A stretch of DNA of 64,000 nucleotides, taken from positions 37,572,001 through 37,636,000 of the forward strand of contig NC_043013.1 of NCBI RefSeq assembly GCF_006345805.1, written 5' to 3'. The stretch's first letter is position 1. Every line of letters begins with the position of its first letter. The notes under the pieces were generated by a model that worked only from the letters and a program-made list of their open reading frames with translations, had not been told where the DNA came from and made no database searches. The stretch is from Octopus sinensis (taxonomy: Eukaryota). Made by a program: the position numbers and the translations under genes. Below are positions 26,560-39,295 of this stretch, one piece after another.

Positions 26560-26753
26560 GGCGCAGGAGTGGCTGTGTGGTAAGTAGCTTGCTAACCTAC
26601 CACATGGTTCCAGGTTCACTCCCACTGCGTGGCATCTTGGGCAAGTGTCTTCTGCTATAGCCCCGGGCCGACCAATACCTTGTGAGTGGATTTGGTAGAC
26701 AGAAACTGAAAGAAGCCTGTCGTAATATATATATATATATAATATATATATAT

Positions 26754-26786
<33 letters not shown>

Positions 26787-26988
26787 TTGTGTTTGTCCCC
26801 GTAGCATTGCTTGACAACCAATGCTGGTGTGTTTACGTCCCCGTCACTTAGCGGCTCAGCAAAAGAGACCGATATAATAAGTACTGGGCTTACAAAAATA
26901 AGTCCCGGGGTCGATTTGCTAGACTAAAGGCGGTGCTCCAGCATGGCCGCAGTCAAATGACTGAAACAAGTAAAAGAGTAAAAGAGTA
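26559..26988 (+). mobile_element. SINE family 2, full-length well-preserved copy
   Basis: AGGCGCAGGAGTGGCTGTGTGGTAAG head, CTTGGGCAAG core, central (TA)n(TG)n, tail (GTAAAAGA)2; inserted in (TA)n. Confidence 0.92.
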
Positions 26989-27009
26989 TATATATATATA
27001 TATATATAT

Positions 27010-27180
27010 AAATTAGAAAAAAAAACACCTTTTATCAATTCAAAATTAACAGTTAAATTACACCATCTAGAAAATTATATATAATAGAAATATTAAAATT
27101 AAAATAACAATATGCAATTTTCTAGATGGTGTAATTTAATTGTTCATTTTGAATTGATTAAAGGTGTTATTTTCTAATTT
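27010..27180. repeat. AT-rich inverted repeat (~66-bp arms, 39-nt spacer)
   Basis: 27010-27076 pairs with 27116-27180, including exact TAAATTACACCATCTAGAAAATT / AATTTTCTAGATGGTGTAATTTA. Confidence 0.85.
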
Positions 27181-27360
27181 ATGGCCGATGCATAGGTTTC
27201 TTTAAGGGCAGTGCATCAGCATGGCCGCAGCTCTGAGCTGAAACTAGAGAAAAAAATTATATATATATACTAGCATTATGACCCGGCGTTGCCGGGTCAT
27301 ATTGCTTGTGCATGTATATATGTGTATATATATGTGTACATCTATGTATATACATCTACA

Positions 27361-27758
27361 CATCTTTATATATAAAAGTGAGGTTGTGTGCTGTCTGTCT
27401 CCTACGATTTAGATTCCTAACTGCTCCCACATTTTGCGGTGCAGTTTAACCAAAACCGGTTATCTTATAGTCGTGATTCATATCGAGCCCTTCTGGGTAT
27501 TAGCGCGCGTCTACGATGAGTCTACGATTTTTTTTTAATTTACCATCAATGCTTCCCATTTTTAATGCATTTTTGGCATATATAAGGGAAGTAACTCTCT
27601 AAAAATTTATTATTAAATCTCAGAACGTAAAAAGCTACAGTAACAACCCCCCTTTGTGGTTAGCCATATTGAGATGGCTATTATACTTTACATCTCTAAA
27701 AACGCTTATATAGTTATTTCCCTTACAAACCCGAGCAACGCCGGGCGATACTGCTTGT
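27361..27758 (-). mobile_element. Non-autonomous Helitron/Helentron-type element
   Basis: Minus strand starts ACAAGCAGTATCGCCCGGCGTTGCTCGGG (subterminal hairpin) and ends GACAGACAGCACACAACCTCACTTTTATATATAAAGATG; a related 5' end with perfect hairpin ATGACCCGGC-gtt-GCCGGGTCAT lies on + at 27278-27300. Confidence 0.5.
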
Positions 27759-28384
27759 AAAATATAGAATACAAAGTTATATCTTGATATCGCTAGTGAT
27801 AACAATACTCAAAATATATAACAGACTGGAATTGTAGGCCCGCCTCTTGCAATTTCGATCAATTGTATCTTGTCCTCCCTCTTGTATAGAAGTGTGGCTA
27901 CAATCCAGCCTACCTCTACTTCTGGGTGGGGGGGGAACATTTTAGATTTTTATCCGGGACGTCCTACGTCCCAGATATAAAGGTAAAAATAAAATATTTC
28001 CACTTTGCAAGGTTCGAGTCGAGTACTCCCTTGAACGCTCCGTTAACTTGAACGTTGCTTCTATTGTGGCGAATTTACCGCCTCTGGTTAGATACTTGAT
28101 ATCTTTCATAGTCGCACCAAGACACTTTTCGATGGTGCTTTCCTTCAGGTGTTCAAATCTTTTTTTTTTCTCTACATTGTGTACTTTATAGACAATATTT
28201 TCTTTAATTTAATGGACTATTCCATTTCTGCGCATTAATTTTATTTTAATTTATTCCTATTCATGTGAAACCACTTATTCAAGTTGAAGTCATTGATGCA
28301 ATTTTATACCAATTGCTATTTTTACTTTTGTTATGTTACGATTATATTATACTTTAGTTTGATTTTAATCATTACTTACTACAT

Positions 28385-28680
28385 ATAATTCAATTGTTAT
28401 TATAATTTTTATTGTTAAAGTGAAAGTATCTGACATAAAATTGAGAAATGTTTTTGTTTCACTTTTGACACGTAATACTGAAATAGTGGAGAAGATATGA
28501 TATTGCTATAGGCTCGCTCTAGGCAAGAAGTTGAACATTTTCTTTGCCCATGAAACTACATGGACCCTAAGTAAGGCATGTGTAAAATTTGAATGAAATT
28601 GGTTGTGTAGTTCTCAAGTTTTAGGGAAACACACAGACCAGACAGACAGACACACACATTCTCATTTTATTATATATATA
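28385..28680 (+). mobile_element. 3' part of a Helitron-type non-autonomous element
   Basis: AAAATTTGAATGAAATTGGTTG..AGTT..ACAGACCAGACAGACAGACAC..TTTTATTATATATA end architecture. Confidence 0.4.
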
Positions 28681-28694
28681 TATGTGTGTGTGTG

Positions 28695-28747
<53 letters not shown>

Positions 28748-28801
28748 ATTATATATTATATATATATACAGATATATATATACAGATATATATATATACA
28801 G

Positions 28802-28834
<33 letters not shown>

Positions 28835-29042
28835 ATATATATATATATACTAAGCAATAAGGGTTTAGCAACGAGTTGCCTTACCACATACCGAATTTAG
28901 AAATAGCAGTCAAAGGGTTATAGCTATTTCTTCTACTAAAAAGGGAGATCTCAGTAAAAACAGCATTTGGAAGGCAGACACAAACAGGTAAGAGAGAATG
29001 AATTGACTGCAATCTATCATACATTTTTTTATATATATATAT

Positions 29043-29800
29043 ATGAGCAATGATGCATTTTTCCAAATGCATATTGCTAATCTGGTGATAAAATGCAGAC
29101 GGCTAGCTGGATGGATTCTCCGAACTTTCAGAACAAGAGAGAAGGAGACACTGATGGTCCTATGGAAAACATTCGTCCTCAGCCGCTTGGACTACTGCTC
29201 CCAACTTTGGTCACCACACAATATAAAACAAACAGCAGAACTCGAAGCAACTCAGAGAAGCAATACAAACAAGAAAATCGTCTCAATGCAAAATGTCAGC
29301 TACTGGGAAAGACTGAAGGTATTAAACCTCTTCTCCCTGGAGCGGAGGCGGGAGAGATATGCAGTGATATACATCTGGAAAATCCTGGAGGGTCTTGTCC
29401 CAAACTTTGGCATTCAAAGTTACTCCAACCGCAGAACGGGGCGCCGCTGCGTGGTGCCAAGGATTCCAACATCACCATCAAAATACAGGTCCAGATACTG
29501 CAACAGCTTGGGTTTCAGAGGATCACAGCTCTTTAACATCCTCCCTAAATGCCTGAGAGACTTACATGGTGTGGATGTGGGTTTCTTTAAAACTAAACTG
29601 GATCTCTTCTTGTTGGGAGTCCCAGATGAACCTACCTCACGACAGGAGACACAGATGCGGGCAGCAGCATCGAACTCCCTTGTTGATCAAGTGCCACGTA
29701 TCAGGGGTGGATTCACAAACTAGTGTAGCTCATTCAGCGGTGGTGCCCCAGCATGGCCGCGGCCTTCGGGCTAAAACATTTTTAAGGATTAAGGATTTTA
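29043..29800 (+). mobile_element. 5'-truncated CR1-group LINE: ORF2 C-terminus (226-aa open frame 29043-29723), short 3'UTR and (TTAAGGA)2 tail
   Basis: WILRTF..LWKTFVLSRLDYCSQLWSPH..ELEATQR..SYWERLKVLNLFSLERRRERYAVIYIWKI matches the CR1-type post-RT region (RPHLEYC..WSP..YEERLK.L.L.SLE.RR); no stop or frameshift; (TA)n on both sides. Confidence 0.9.
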
Positions 29801-29809
29801 TTATATAAT

Positions 29810-29840
<31 letters not shown>

Positions 29841-30539
29841 CCGGTCACTAAAAAAGAAATGTCCGATTTTCTTATGCACCATGTTTGACAGTCGTTACCT
29901 CTAATACTCTTATCCTGACAATTCTTTGAATGATTATGTGGACCACTCCTAACGAAACCCAGAGCTTCCTTCGACCAATACATATAAAGTATTAAGAACA
30001 AAATGTTAATTAGATATTCTTTTATTTTAGTTGTTTACACTATTTTACGCTTGCTTATTCTCTTAAACCTTCAAAGTTCACAAATTTCCTAATTTAATTT
30101 ATGAATCACATTCTTTTCCATAATATCAATATGATTACAAAACCTCTTTGTAGACGATATTTTCTGTTTTGTCGGCACTAATTTTCAAATTACTGAGTTT
30201 TTAGCTCAACTCAGAGCAGTGTATAACTGGCCGTATATAAACATCGGAGTAGGTAAAAAGGCACCTAGACCATCTGAAGTCTGATCCTGTGCCTTGTTTG
30301 CTATGAATGTGCGAGCGGCATCTTTGGGGTTGCTAAAAGTCAAACTAAGACATACTTCTCACTGTTCTATGCGATTACGTTTGAAAAAACTGAGATGTAA
30401 ACAACAGCCTCCTCGATTAGCCATTTCGGATTCTGCTCGAGACTGACACACTTCAATAACCACAAAATAATCACACACATTATGTACTGACACACACTTT
30501 TTCCATTTTATTTTCGCTATTAACCGTCCTCTTGACACC

Positions 30540-30825
30540 CTTCGTATCTACGAACTATACGCTGAAAACCTAGAGTTACTCGTGGTCGGTGAATTTTTAA
30601 TAAAAATGCGAAGGTTGTCTATGAATTGAAAATTCGATATCCACGAAATAATTATACTTCCTATTTTTTTTTAATGCTAAAAACCTTTCTGACGACGGTA
30701 TTTGTTATCACGAAAAATATCGTGACCATTGTTCCAGCCGTCTGGCCGTGAAGCGACGACAGACAAAGAGACGGACAGATGTACATAACTCAGACAGATG
30801 AACATAACGCCCATTATAATAAGAT
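30540..30825 (+). mobile_element. Probable Helitron-type non-autonomous 3' end
   Basis: GACAGACA..GACGGACAGA..CAGACAGA repeats followed by CCCATTATAATAAGAT. Confidence 0.35.
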
Positions 30826-30986
30826 GTGTGTGTGCGTGCGTGTGTGTTCAGTAAGCGGGCCCGGTAAAATGGATATCAGGCTTTTAAAAATAAGGACTGG
30901 GGACTACATTAGTCTAAACATTTTTCAATGTGGTACTCCACACACACACAGATTCATACACACACATACACACACACACACGCACG

Positions 30987-31020
<34 letters not shown>

Positions 31021-31048
31021 TATATATATATATTATATATATATATAT

Positions 31049-31050
<2 letters not shown>

Positions 31051-31122
<72 letters not shown>
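31051..31122 (+). repeat. (GATA)n tetranucleotide repeat
   Basis: Pure AGAT run. Confidence 0.97.
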
Positions 31123-31124
<2 letters not shown>

Positions 31125-34088
31125 AATCGTATAGAATTTTCTAAAAATTTTAGATGTTGAGGCACTTTACGGTGGAGGCTTTCTGAACACAAATAGAAAA
31201 GATAGAAATTATGGGAAATTTTCACCTATTACTGACACCTTAGAGCTTTCGATTTTAGTGCCTTGACCTTATAAAATTCAATTTATATTTATTTGTCTTC
31301 TATTCTACGTCGTCTGATTTGAATACATATCTTTTCCAACGCCATAAATATGCCGATTCAAAATTCATGTTTTTTATATTGTACATACATTGATATCTAT
31401 CTAAACTCTTTTTTTTTTGGACTTTTGTGTGTTTTGGCGAACAAAACCCAGAAAACATGGCTCTATCTCTCTGTGTCCCTTTTCTCCCTTACCCGCCCTC
31501 TCTCCGTCAATGGCTGTGTGTGTGACATAAACACATACATATATGGGAATTCAAAACTTGTCATCTGCTGGATGCTTTCATTTTCCCTTCTATTATAAGA
31601 ATTGCTACTAAGATGTGACTTGGATGAGAAACGTGCGTCTCAGAATCATCGCCACCCACGCAAAATACCAAAGAGAGGAAGAGAAACACAATTTGTTAAA
31701 CCTAGATCTGCATTCAGAACGTAATCTCCAACATAGCTAGCAATTTGCTATTCCTTGCAATATAAACATCTCCTTGCCAAACAAATACCACAAACATTTT
31801 AACAACAGCAGCATTGTGACTATCCGTAGCTTTCTTAATAGCATCGTTTCTTAGATCTCACAGCTTAAGTAAACACTGTTATTCCCTACACCAAATTCTT
31901 GTCTACAATTTAAGAATCATTCAGAAATACCCAACTAAATGATCCTGCCTTTCAAAGTGGATGATATATAGGGAAGTAATACTGATGCTGATGGATTTGA
32001 ATGTAATTTAGTTGGTCATTGAGACAACAGGTTCAACATAGGATGAAACCAGAGGGCAATAGAAATATGTCTGTAAACAAAGCTAATTTCACACATGTAT
32101 CTCATTTTGTGTGGAAACGAAAGGATATTATAATGGAATATGATCCCACAAAATAGATTATTCGGAACGTCCAAATATAAATAATTTGAGCAAGAATATG
32201 TAATTGAGGCTTATCTAAGATATTCCTAATTCTGCAATAATCATCAGGATTTTTCTATTAACATGCTAGTGTTTATATCATGCACTCGTCTAATGGCAAT
32301 ATATTTTCGGTAATTTTTCCCAGCAGCTGATGGGAACATTTCGTTTGTTAGGTAATTCCACTGCAATCTCATCTTTCTTTAATAAAATGCTATACTCAAT
32401 TGTTTGTTGCACAAAAATATATAATAAGAATACCAAGCTCTAATACTCTCAATTATCCTCGAAATCAGTAACAAGAAATGAATGGCCAAGTCAAAACTTG
32501 AAATGTAACCCTTAATTCTGGTTTTGACAAGGAGGAATTTTAGATGTATATGTTATATACATTTATGTGTGTGTGTATGTGTAAGTGTGCGTGTGTGTGT
32601 GTGTTTTCTACTCATCAAAGAGTTTATATTTTTTCTCTTTAATCTATTTGAGAGAAACTGTATATTTAAACAAACTCAGTCCTCAAAACGCCAGTGAATG
32701 CCTGACATATGGAGTATAAATGTATGGTTAAAATGTAACACATAATGATTATGATAATAATCTGTACTGCGTTAAAAGTAATCAGGTTCATGAGACAGCA
32801 ATTATGAACATACAGGACCTACTTTTTTTCCAGTTCCTTAAGTATTTTCAGCGAAATGATCAAGTGTATAATTATTTGTTTTTCATAAACCATGGTTTAG
32901 GTATTTATAATTTTGTTTTGCATTGTTTAATTAGAGCACAACCGCTATGCAAGTTTACCACATTGAAACAAACGTAGCATCTACTTTTAATTTCGTACAT
33001 ATTATCGAACACTATTTATTAACTAGCTAATATACATTTTAAAGTAAACAGACTGAAGCGCTATTTTACACTGTATACACGAAGGTACTAAACCAAGCAG
33101 ACAGAAATACAAGTACAGGTACACCTCAATATCTTTATCTTCGTATATAAGGTCCCTACAGATTTTTAACAAAATTTACATTGAACATTATTTCACACGT
33201 GAAGAATTACTTCTATAAGAAGGAAAAACCTTGCAAAGAATGCATCTTAGAATAGTTTATAATGTTACTTCCTACTTCCTCACAACTCAGTAAATACTAC
33301 GAACAAATTTCAACGGACAGACACTGGACGTACAAAGCCCTAGTTTTTCTTAAATTTATTAATATTTTAATACGTACTTTCAATTTTTCACACTCCCTAT
33401 TCTCCATCTATCCCCAAACATATAAGTTATATACAATATTATCAATAAGGTATGTCTCTTGCCCGTTGATAACAGTTAAGGAGCTAGAAACGTCAATGTT
33501 TTGGAATCCTAGAGGATGGCATCAGTGGACAGATGTGGTGCTTTCATACCGTTTTACCATAAGAGAAAAAAATGTCTCCACAGTAGCTGCAATAACTTTA
33601 CGATTTTGCAGTTGAAATATGTAACAAGCATGTTTTAACGAAACTATTGCTTGGCACTAATATTACGGTAATATATGTGTGTGTGTGTGTTTGTGTGTTA
33701 GTGTGTGTGTATTTATATATCTTATATATCTTTTGTCTTTTAATTGTTCCAATAATTAAACTGCGACCATGCTCGGATATATTTACGTACATATCCTGTC
33801 GTTAAAACCATTTCTTGCAAATGTGCCACTCTAATGGGGAGTGGTGCTATTGAAGATCGATGTGTCCTGACGTAGACGAAGTAACTTATATTGATTATTT
33901 GTGACTAGATTCTTGATTACACCACGTGAGCTCAGCTGACGAATATAGGGAGGACTAAATTCTTAGAGGCCATTTTGATTGTAATTTCAGGTCTCCGCAC
34001 TGTAACGCATATTAACTATTAACTATTTCTAATATAACTTATTTTAACCTGGTGATCTTAAGCATACACATTTGTATTTAAAAGGTGG

Positions 34089-34128
34089 CTATCTATCTAT
34101 CTAATTATCTATCAAACTATCTATCTAA

Positions 34129-34188
<60 letters not shown>

Positions 34189-34252
34189 ATATCTATCTAT
34201 CTATCTATATATCTATCTATCTACCTATCTATCTATATATCTATCTATCTAT
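34089..34252 (+). repeat. (ATCT)n tetranucleotide repeat
   Basis: Long ATCT run with a few variants. Confidence 0.97.
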
Positions 34253-34691
34253 CGCCCGCAGAATGTGTTCCTTGATTCTCAGAACTTTCCAGTCGAGAGA
34301 TATCCACACCGTTATACTTCTCTTCTCTATTTTTCCTGACCCCACCTTGAATACTATTGTCCACCGAGGTCTCCCTATACGAAACATAGTATCATGAAAA
34401 TCGAAGCACCTCAAATGTCAATTACTAAAAGACAGATTTCATGACAGACTTTGACTATTGGGGTTAAAGCCACTTATATAAACATAAGCCACTCCTGCGC
34501 CTATAGCGACTCATTTAGAAAAACACAAAGGAGGTCAGAGTTTCGACTGTCCATAGTTTCCTGGTGGCGAATCTTTTCTTTCTACTAAGAATATTTACCA
34601 AATCTTCTCGTTTCTTCCTTCAAGTATACTGCGTGATAAATTTACTATGTATGGAAATATATATACATACACACACACACACACACACCAC

Positions 34692-34761
<70 letters not shown>

Positions 34762-34795
34762 ACTTTATTTAAAGCAGCTGAAAATTCAACAAAAT

Positions 34796-34833
34796 CTGTT
34801 ACTCTGAGTTTCTCGTTGCCGTTCATCAGACAG
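34796..34833 (-). ncRNA. Hammerhead ribozyme motif (inverted copy)
   Basis: Exact reverse complement of 34857-34894. Confidence 0.65.
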
Positions 34834-34856
34834 TTTTTGTTAGATTCTAATAAAAA

Positions 34857-34894
34857 CTGTCTGATGAACGGCAACGAGAAACTCAGAGTAACAG
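34857..34894 (+). ncRNA. Minimal type-I hammerhead ribozyme motif
   Basis: CTGT CTGATGA acggcaacga GAA ACTC a GAGT A ACAG: intact core, GUA triplet; stem II weak (CG-gcaa-CG closed by an A.A mismatch). Confidence 0.65.
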
Positions 34895-34998
34895 ATTTTG
34901 TTGAATTTTCTACTGCTTTAAATAAAGCATATTACTCTACCACTGGTATTTGAGTACTCTTTTTTCAACCTTGTTTCACATTTATGTGTTTACTCCGA

Positions 34999-35072
<74 letters not shown>

Positions 35073-36224
35073 GATATATATATATATGTATATATATATT
35101 ATATATATATATATTATATATATATTATATATATATATATATGTATGTATATATGTATATATATATTATATATATATATATATATTATATATATATATAT
35201 TATATATATATATTATATACATTTAAATACACACACAGGCGCACACTCACACACATACATACACACACACACACACATATAGTTATATATATGAATTTTA
35301 CTATATTTTCTTGACACAGGAACAATGAAAGACAAATCAATCTGCAGCGATTCACATCGAAAAGATGATGTCAAACTGAAAATTAGAATGTTGGTACATA
35401 TGCTACAGCACAAGTTACAACCAATGACTCGATGAAGCTAATGGACAGATTGTGTGAACAAGATTTTAGTGTGAAATATAACTGTTACATATCGTGAATA
35501 TTTTGGAGATTAGCGCTATGAAAACGTTTTAAGCCTTATGCATGATTCTTCATTATTCACTTGAGGAAACATGTACTGAGTGACATTTTAGATGCATGTG
35601 AATGTTATTAGGGAAACTTTTGTTACCCATGTCTGGATTTCCACGTCACTAACAGATTTTTGGGTTTCCCTTGAGGTTTGTAGCTGTTTCACTTCTTCAC
35701 CCACAGAGATTTTGGTGCAGCAATGGCTGTGTGGATAACAAAGTCGTAACGAGATTATATCAGTTTTGATTCCAAAACGCTGCATACGAAGTATTTTTGC
35801 CATAGCTACCGTTCAACTAAAACGTTGTGTGAGATCTGGTAAACCGGAGCCGTGTGAGTCCCCACTCGCCAAGTCTATTGGACTAATTCTGTGGCCAAGT
35901 TGAATACCATCATTTGGGCGGTCGTACACAAAAACATACTTAAACAGTAATGTCAATATAAAGTAGATGATGCAATAGCTAGCTATATCAGCTAATACAT
36001 CTACACCAATGATTAGTGTCTTTGCCAAGGATCTATAAATCAAAAGGGTCTCATAAAAAGCAAAACAATAATCAGTATGATTGGTACAGCTGGTAACAAA
36101 TTCTCCCTCAAATCATAGCATACCTACTCAGAAAGGAATATAGAAATAACAGCCCACAGACATGCACGACGTGGAAATATGTAAAATGGATTATGGTAAT
36201 TATTTTAGGAGTTATTATTATTTT

Positions 36225-36510
36225 CGACGTCGATTAAATAAGTACCAGTTACGCACTGGGGTCGATATAATCGACTTCATCCGTTTGTCTGTCCTTGTTT
36301 GTCCCCTCTGTGTTTAGCCCCTTATGGGTAGTAAAGAAATAGGTATTTCGTCTGCCTTTACGATCTGAGTTCAGATTCCACCGAGGTCGACTTTGTCTTT
36401 CATCCTTTTCGTCGTCGATAAATTAAGTACCAGCTACATACTGATGTCGATCTAATCGAATGGGCCCCTCCCCAAAAATTTCGGGCCTTGTGCCTAGAGT
36501 AGAAAAGAAT
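36225..36510 (+). mobile_element. SINE family 1, last 1.5 units of a multimer
   Basis: Body unit followed by terminal unit ending GGGCCTTGTGCCTAGAGTAGAAAAGAAT. Confidence 0.85.
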
Positions 36511-36874
36511 AAATCATTGTCTTGTAAAATTCGTGAGGTGGCATGGACAACATCTTGAACTTTCTGCAGCGGCATACTGAAGACTTGAACGCTAAGAGTA
36601 GAGACGTCTGCGTCAGGTTTATATCAGGCATTCATTTATTTGTTTATTTAAGGCGCCCCCAAATGGTGAGTCAACGTAAGTAACAGTTGATATCGTAATA
36701 TTAAGTACGACAGTTCTGAGATAGCTAGACTAGAATACAATTGATTATAAATCTATTCTGTTAGAATAAACATGTGCTTGTTCCAAAATTACAACTTCGG
36801 TATAGTCAGTGTCCATTTTCACAAGACTTTCAAGTCATATTTAAGGAAACTCTGACATATTTTGTACACTGATA

Positions 36875-36925
<51 letters not shown>

Positions 36926-37037
36926 CATAATAAATAATATTAGGGTAATAAGAATTATGGAAATTATTATTACTACTGGCCTAGCACAAGAGAAAATTTA
37001 GTCAATGTGTTTTGATGTACACGATATATGTGTACAT

Positions 37038-37199
37038 GCAGGAGTGGCTGTCTGGTAAGTAGCTTGTTTACCAACCACATGGTTCCGGGTTCAGTCCCGC
37101 TGCGTTGCACCTTGGGCAATTGTCTTCTACTATAGCCTCGGGCTGACCAAAGTCTTGTGAGTGGATTTGGTAGACGGAAACTGAAAGAAGCCCGTCGTA

Positions 37200-37237
<38 letters not shown>

Positions 37238-37453
37238 CGTGTGTGTGTTTGTGTGTCTGTGTTTGACTCCCTAGCATTGCTTAACAACCGATGCTGGTGT
37301 GTTTATGTCCCCGTTACTTAGTGCTTCGGCAAAAGAGACCGATAGAATAAGTACTGAGCTTACAAAAGAATAAGTCCCGGGGTCGAGTTGCTCGATTAAA
37401 GGTGGTGCTCCAGCATGGCCGCAGTCAAATGACAGAAACAAGTAAAAGAGTAA
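37038..37453 (+). mobile_element. SINE family 2, full-length copy
   Basis: GCAGGAGTGGCTGTCTGGTAAG head through GAAACAAGTAAAAGAGT tail with central microsatellite. Confidence 0.92.
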
Positions 37454-38355
37454 ATGATATATATATATATAATAAGGAAATGCATAGAAATGTGCTGGGT
37501 TAATATTTATGAATGAATTTCTGAAATCTTAATACAAACTTACAAACTTATACTAACTCACGACAGAATGTCTTAAACATTGAAATTTATTGGAAACGCA
37601 GAATTTACACAAAAGAAAATAAAAGAAGCCCATAAAAACGTTATGCAGAAAACAAGCATAACCTAATAAAATTGTATAGGGTAATTTATATATAATTTTT
37701 CTTTTCATAAGGTGTAACAATGAAACAAATGTTACATTGTTAATATTTGGGAGTGCCGCAGCTAAATAGTAAAACACCAGACAAAAACCTGTCCCGCATC
37801 ATACAATGATTTATTATTAAGAAGCTGGAAAAAAAAAACTAGAGCAAACTTGATATATTTTCAGTCTTATTGCTCTAGTTATTTTTGCCTTTTTAATTAG
37901 AAAAATGTTTCTATTTATTTCTTTTCTCTTTCTACATACAGAAATTCACGTAACAGTACGTGGTGAATTGGTAAACACGTTAATTCATCGACAGAAATTA
38001 TTTATTTATTTTTGCGCTATTTATTTGGGCTCCCGACGCTTCGAGTGCAAACCGAGCTATGGTCATCTTTTAGAGGTTGGTGAATAAGTATCAGTTCGAC
38101 GCAGTAGATTAGCGGACCCTCGCCCGTAAGGATGTCAGACCGAATGCCTTGCCATACTTTTCTGACTGCTAGTATTCTGGGTTCAAATCCCAGAATAGCT
38201 GGTACACACAGCTAGAGAGGTTACAACGCAATTCAGCAATGGAATTGCTCCAGCATTGAGACAATTGGAATCCTTCTAATGGTTACATCCAATTTTAAGA
38301 AACTTCAGTTTTATCAAAAAGATCTGTATCATGTTGACGTAAATCTTTCTCTTAA

Positions 38356-38926
38356 GGCGCCGAGCTGGCAGAAACGTTAGCACGCCGGGCGAAATGCGTA
38401 GCCGTATTTCGTCTGTCGTTACGTTCTGAGTTCAAATTCCGCCGAGGTCGACTTTGCCTTTCATCCTTTCCAGGTCGATAAATTAAGTACCAGTCACGCA
38501 CTGGAGTCGATTTAATCGACTTAATACCTATGTCTATCCTTGTTTGTCCCCTGTATATTTAGCCCCTTGTGGGTAATAAAGAAATAGGTAATTCATCTGC
38601 CGCTACGTTCTGAGTTCAAATTCCTCAGAGATCGGCTTTGCCTGTCATCATTTCGTGGTCGATTAAAGAAGTACCAGTTACGCACTGGGGTCGATATAAT
38701 CGACTTAATATGTTTGTCTGTCATTGTTTGTCCTATCTGTGTTTAGCCCCTTATGTGTAGTAAAAAATAGGTATTTCGTCTGCCTTAACGATCTGAGTTC
38801 AAATTCCGCCGAGGTCGACTTTGTCTTACATCATTTTTGTATGTGCCAGCTACATACTGAGGTCGATCTAATCGACTGGGCCCCTCCTCAAAAATTTTGG
38901 GCCTTTTGCCTAGAGTAGAAAAGAAT
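38356..38926 (+). mobile_element. SINE family 1, head plus three tandem ~184-bp units
   Basis: Units restart at 38404, 38588 and 38771. Confidence 0.88.
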
Positions 38927-39295
38927 AAATCATTGTCTTGTAAAATTCAGTGTAGCATACCACCTTCTTAAAATACCTGGCAGAGATTTGCAAGAGGATA
39001 AGCTTCTATCTTCAGCAGATAGTTTTTCTTGTGTTTGTGTGTGAGTGTAAATCTGGAAAAACACTGATTCTTCAGACATTAGAAAATATAGCTATTCTCT
39101 TCTCCGGGTAATATCATATCATTTTAAAGGAATGGATCAAAAGTAAGTTTCGATTTGAATTCAATATGTACCTGTAGAAAATTCATCGGTCCACTTAAGT
39201 GCTCATTTTGTCAGGTAGTTCAGTTGAAATAACTCTCTCTCTCTCTCTTTCTCTCTCAAACTCTCTCTCTCCCTTCTGTATGTATATACTCTTTT

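Larger units (their letters stand above)
34763..34927. mobile_element. Fold-back palindrome of a second Penelope-like ribozyme module (82-bp arms, 1-nt loop at 34845)
   Basis: 34763-34844 pairs with 34846-34927 with about 3 mismatches; ORF track shows mirrored translations (34564+ and 34620-). Confidence 0.7.

Noticed and set aside
30205-30355. Minus-strand frame EVCLSLTFSNPKDAARTFIANKAQ resembling an EVH1 motif
   Set aside because: Similarity is limited to a few residues, the frame is bounded by stops, and the donor is weak
33262-33615. 117-aa ORF in unique sequence
   Set aside because: No recognisable domain, composition mirrors AT-rich DNA, and the length is within chance expectation for six frames of 64 kb
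35588-36043. Two consecutive in-frame minus-strand ORFs (76 and 71 aa), one with a hydrophobic stretch
   Set aside because: Separated by a stop, no family match, splice signals ambiguous on both strands
36543-36665. ATG..MDNILNFLQRHTEDLNAKSRD.. ending at a consensus ATG|GTGAGT donor
   Set aside because: Short, unrecognised, directly downstream of a SINE; cannot be distinguished from chance without RNA data
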